Of a stretch of DNA of 64,000 bases, positions 61,741 through 64,000 are shown in pieces. The stretch's first letter is position 1. Every line of letters starts with the position of its first letter. Below the pieces are notes generated by a model. The model had not been told where the DNA came from. It saw nothing but the letters and a program-made list of their open reading frames with translations, and did no database searches. Location of the stretch: positions 610,012 to 674,011 of the forward strand of contig CBDCXE010000006.1 in the NCBI GenBank assembly GCA_965223725.1. Direction: 5' to 3'. A program made the translations under genes and the position numbers. Source of the stretch: Nitrospinota bacterium (GTDB taxonomy: Bacteria; Nitrospinota_A; UBA7883).

Positions 61741-62596
61741 ACCGTTATGGCACAGGTCGACATTCAAAATAGGCGGCGAAGCGGAAAAGCTGGTGTTTCC
61801 TGGCTCACTGAAGGAGCTGGTGGAATGGTTAAGTTCCGGGACGGTCACCCATATCCTGGGCGGCGGAGCGAATGTGCTGATATCGGATTCTGGATTACGT
61901 GGAGTGGTGATAAGCGCTCAGGAAGGTTTGAACAATTGGAGCGTCCGACGTACTGGCAATGGTGGGGTGTTGGTGGATGTCCAGGCTGGTATATCGCTAT
62001 CGAAACTGTCAAGCCTTTTGATGAAAGAGTCGGTGGCGGGGATAGAGTTCGCTTACGGGATACCAGGACTGCTGGGGGGCGCGTTGATCATGAACGCTGG
62101 GGCCATGGATGGCGAAATGAAGGACATTGTTGAAACTGTGACGCTCGTAACACCGGGAGGTAAAGTGAAAACGATTCGAAATGATCAATGCGGGTTTGCG
62201 TATCGCTCTTCCAGTTTTCCTGCGGGAAGTGTGATAACCAGCGCAGTGTTGAAACTGACCGAGGGTAAAAGAGAAGCAATCATGGATCGAATGAAAAAAA
62301 ACCAGCAAGAACGCAAAAGCAGACAGCCGCTGGATAAACCGAGCGCTGGGTCGGTCTACAAAAATCCACCGGGCGATTTCGCCGGACGACTGATCGAGGA
62401 GGCAGGGTTGAAAGGCGCCAGGGTTGGCGGCGCCATAGTGTCTGACAAACATGCGAATTTCATAATTAACAGGGGCAATGCGAAAGCTGATGATGTGCTG
62501 ACGCTGATGACGCTTGTGGAAAAAAGAGTGAGCGAGCAGTTCGGTGTAGAGCTGGAACGTGAAATAAATCTAATGGGTGATTTTGGAGTTGAGTGA
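61718..62596 (+). CDS. murB: UDP-N-acetylenolpyruvoylglucosamine reductase
   Basis: EPLWHRSTFKIGGEAEKLVFP FAD-binding N-terminus. GAGSVYKNP. C-terminal domain. Confidence 0.9.
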   Translation: MARILVNEPLWHRSTFKIGGEAEKLVFPGSLKELVEWLSSGTVTHILGGGANVLISDSGLRGVVISAQEGLNNWSVRRTGNGGVLVDVQAGISLSKLSSLLMKESVAGIEFAYGIPGLLGGALIMNAGAMDGEMKDIVETVTLVTPGGKVKTIRNDQCGFAYRSSSFPAGSVITSAVLKLTEGKREAIMDRMKKNQQERKSRQPLDKPSAGSVYKNPPGDFAGRLIEEAGLKGARVGGAIVSDKHANFIINRGNAKADDVLTLMTLVEKRVSEQFGVELEREINLMGDFGVE

Positions 62597-63527
62597 TATG
62601 TCATTGGAAAAGTTGAAAAAATTAAAAATTGGGGTGCTGATGGGTGGCATGTCCAACGAGCGTGAAGTGAGCCTGAAAACCGGCGCCGCTGTTTTGTCTT
62701 CCCTGGGTCGGTTGGGTGTCGAGGCGGTAGAGATTGACGGTGGCAAGGATGTACCATCGCTTATCGAAAAAGAGAAAATCGATTTGGCCTTTCTGGCCCT
62801 TCATGGTCAATTTGGCGAAGATGGATGTATGCAAGGCATGCTGGAAATTATGGGAATCCCATATACCGGTTCTGGAGTGGTTGGCAGCGCAATGGCCATG
62901 AGTAAAACCATAACCAAGGAAATATGTGTGGCCAGAGGGATAAATACACCTGAAAATCATGTTTATACAAAATCCAGTTTCACCGGCTCTGCTGATGATT
63001 GCAAAATAAAAGCGCCTGCCGTGGTCAAGCCGGCCAATGGAGGCTCTTCCATTGGCGTGACCGTATGCAAAACCGACCAGGAAATTGCGCCGGCCATAGC
63101 AAAAGCTTTGGGCGAGGATAGTGAGGCGTTGGTAGAGGAATTTATTGATGGTCCGCTTATAACCATCGGTGTCGTGGGAAGCCAGGTATTGCCCGCCATA
63201 GAGATAGAGACCTTAAAAGGCTTCTATGACTACGAAAGCAAATATACACCCGGAAATACTGTCTATCATCTGCCAGCAAGGATAGACAGCGCGATAGAAA
63301 AAAAGGCTGGCGAAATCACATTGGAGATGACAAAAGCGCTAAGGCTGAAAGGCGCCACCCGCACAGACCTGATGATAGATGGGGCTGGAACCATATATTT
63401 TATAGAAGTTAACACTATACCAGGGATGACCGAAACCAGCCTGCTGCCAAAAGCGGCGGAATACTCTGACATCTCTTTTGATGAGCTTGTTCTGCGTATA
63501 GCGAGTGAGGCGCTGGGTAATGATTAA
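62577..63527 (+). CDS. ddl: D-alanine--D-alanine ligase (possible start at 62598 MSLEKLK)
   Basis: KIGVLMGGMSNEREVSL. ATP-grasp EVNTIPGMTETS. Confidence 0.92.
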   Translation: MILELSDMSLEKLKKLKIGVLMGGMSNEREVSLKTGAAVLSSLGRLGVEAVEIDGGKDVPSLIEKEKIDLAFLALHGQFGEDGCMQGMLEIMGIPYTGSGVVGSAMAMSKTITKEICVARGINTPENHVYTKSSFTGSADDCKIKAPAVVKPANGGSSIGVTVCKTDQEIAPAIAKALGEDSEALVEEFIDGPLITIGVVGSQVLPAIEIETLKGFYDYESKYTPGNTVYHLPARIDSAIEKKAGEITLEMTKALRLKGATRTDLMIDGAGTIYFIEVNTIPGMTETSLLPKAAEYSDISFDELVLRIASEALGND

Positions 63528-64000
63528 AAAAATCAGGTTTATAAAACGTATGGCGCTGGCGTTGCTGTTCATATCAGTAACTGCGTACGGCGCTCATGCC
63601 GAGTATAAAACTGGTTATGTGAAAAGCTATTTCATTGTCGATCATGTAAGCGTCATTGGCGCAGCGACCGTAGATGTCGAAGTATTGGAAGGGCTGATAG
63701 GCACAGTGGAAGGTGAAAACATTTTTGAAATCGATTTGCCGGGTATCGGAGAAAAGATTGAAAATCATCCATGGATATCATCAGTAAAAGTGAAACGTCA
63801 GCTTCCTTCGACTTTGAAAGTGGAAGTGGAAGAGAGAAAACCAGCCGCGTTGCTGGACGCTAAAAAGACCTGGCTGATAGACAAGGCCGGCGTTTGCTTG
63901 CGTGCAGTTGACCCGGCTGAGGGGATAAGGCTGCCTGTGTTAACCGGGTTCAAGCCGGACAAACGCAAACTGGCGCCGGGGGCTATGCTGGGGTCGAAAG
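63520..64000 (+). CDS. ftsQ: cell division protein FtsQ (3'-truncated at the window edge)
   Basis: Not in the ORF track because no stop falls inside the window. ATG overlaps the ddl stop. MIKKIRFIKRMALALLFISVTAYG TM helix, then POTRA-like VIGAATVDVEVLEG...ENHPWISSVKVKRQLPSTLKVEVEERKP. Last gene of the dcw cluster. Confidence 0.75.
   Translation, partial: MIKKIRFIKRMALALLFISVTAYGAHAEYKTGYVKSYFIVDHVSVIGAATVDVEVLEGLIGTVEGENIFEIDLPGIGEKIENHPWISSVKVKRQLPSTLKVEVEERKPAALLDAKKTWLIDKAGVCLRAVDPAEGIRLPVLTGFKPDKRKLAPGAMLGSK

Overview
This 64-kb window comes from a bacterium with a Gram-negative-type cell envelope. The evidence is a complete dcw cluster ending murG-murC-murB-ddl-ftsQ, a meso-DAP-type MurE (DNPR motif), a CpoB/YbgF-like TPR protein and YidC/YidD. 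The core genome looks roughly 50-55% GC by eye.

In order, the window contains:

1. nt 1-12032: a markedly AT-rich accessory locus for lipid-linked glycan synthesis and decoration, on both sides of a 550-bp AT-rich divergent promoter region. The minus-strand operon reads DprE1-like FAD oxidase, DprE2-like SDR, GT2 polyprenyl-phosphate glycosyltransferase, SAM methyltransferase. The plus-strand gene is a 776-aa GT-C-like polytopic membrane protein. A second minus-strand operon reads sulfotransferase, sulfotransferase, SAM-MTase, CmcI-like MTase, radical-SAM/SPASM. A 5'-truncated hypothetical CDS lies at the left edge. This is the most novel system in the window.
2. The classical tRNA-Thr/Tyr/Gly/Thr-tuf arrangement (as in the E. 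coli tufB operon), followed by rpmG, tRNA-Trp, secE, nusG, rplK, rplA, rplJ, rplL, rpoB (carrying a 4-Cys zinc-ribbon-like insertion) and rpoC, ending in a clean terminator.
3. A ClC chloride channel with CBS domains, and a DUF4124/retropepsin-like secreted protein.
4. tRNA-Pro, then rpmH, rnpA (no canonical start codon in frame), yidD, yidC and jag/khpB.
5. purF, dnaN and polA on the minus strand, so dnaN is not beside dnaA here.
6. A CpoB-like TPR protein, an acidic secreted repeat protein, a TM-anchored LbH acetyltransferase and an 865-aa GT-C-like membrane protein; then a Dabb-family protein.
7. tRNA-Met on the minus strand, then yqeY-dnaG-rpoD on the minus strand.
8. A complete dcw cluster: mraZ (with a consensus promoter and three 10-bp-phased GTGTC repeats), rsmH, ftsL, ftsI, murE, murF, mraY, murD, ftsW, murG, murC, murB, ddl and ftsQ (3'-truncated).

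No CRISPR array, IS element, integrase or rRNA gene was seen.
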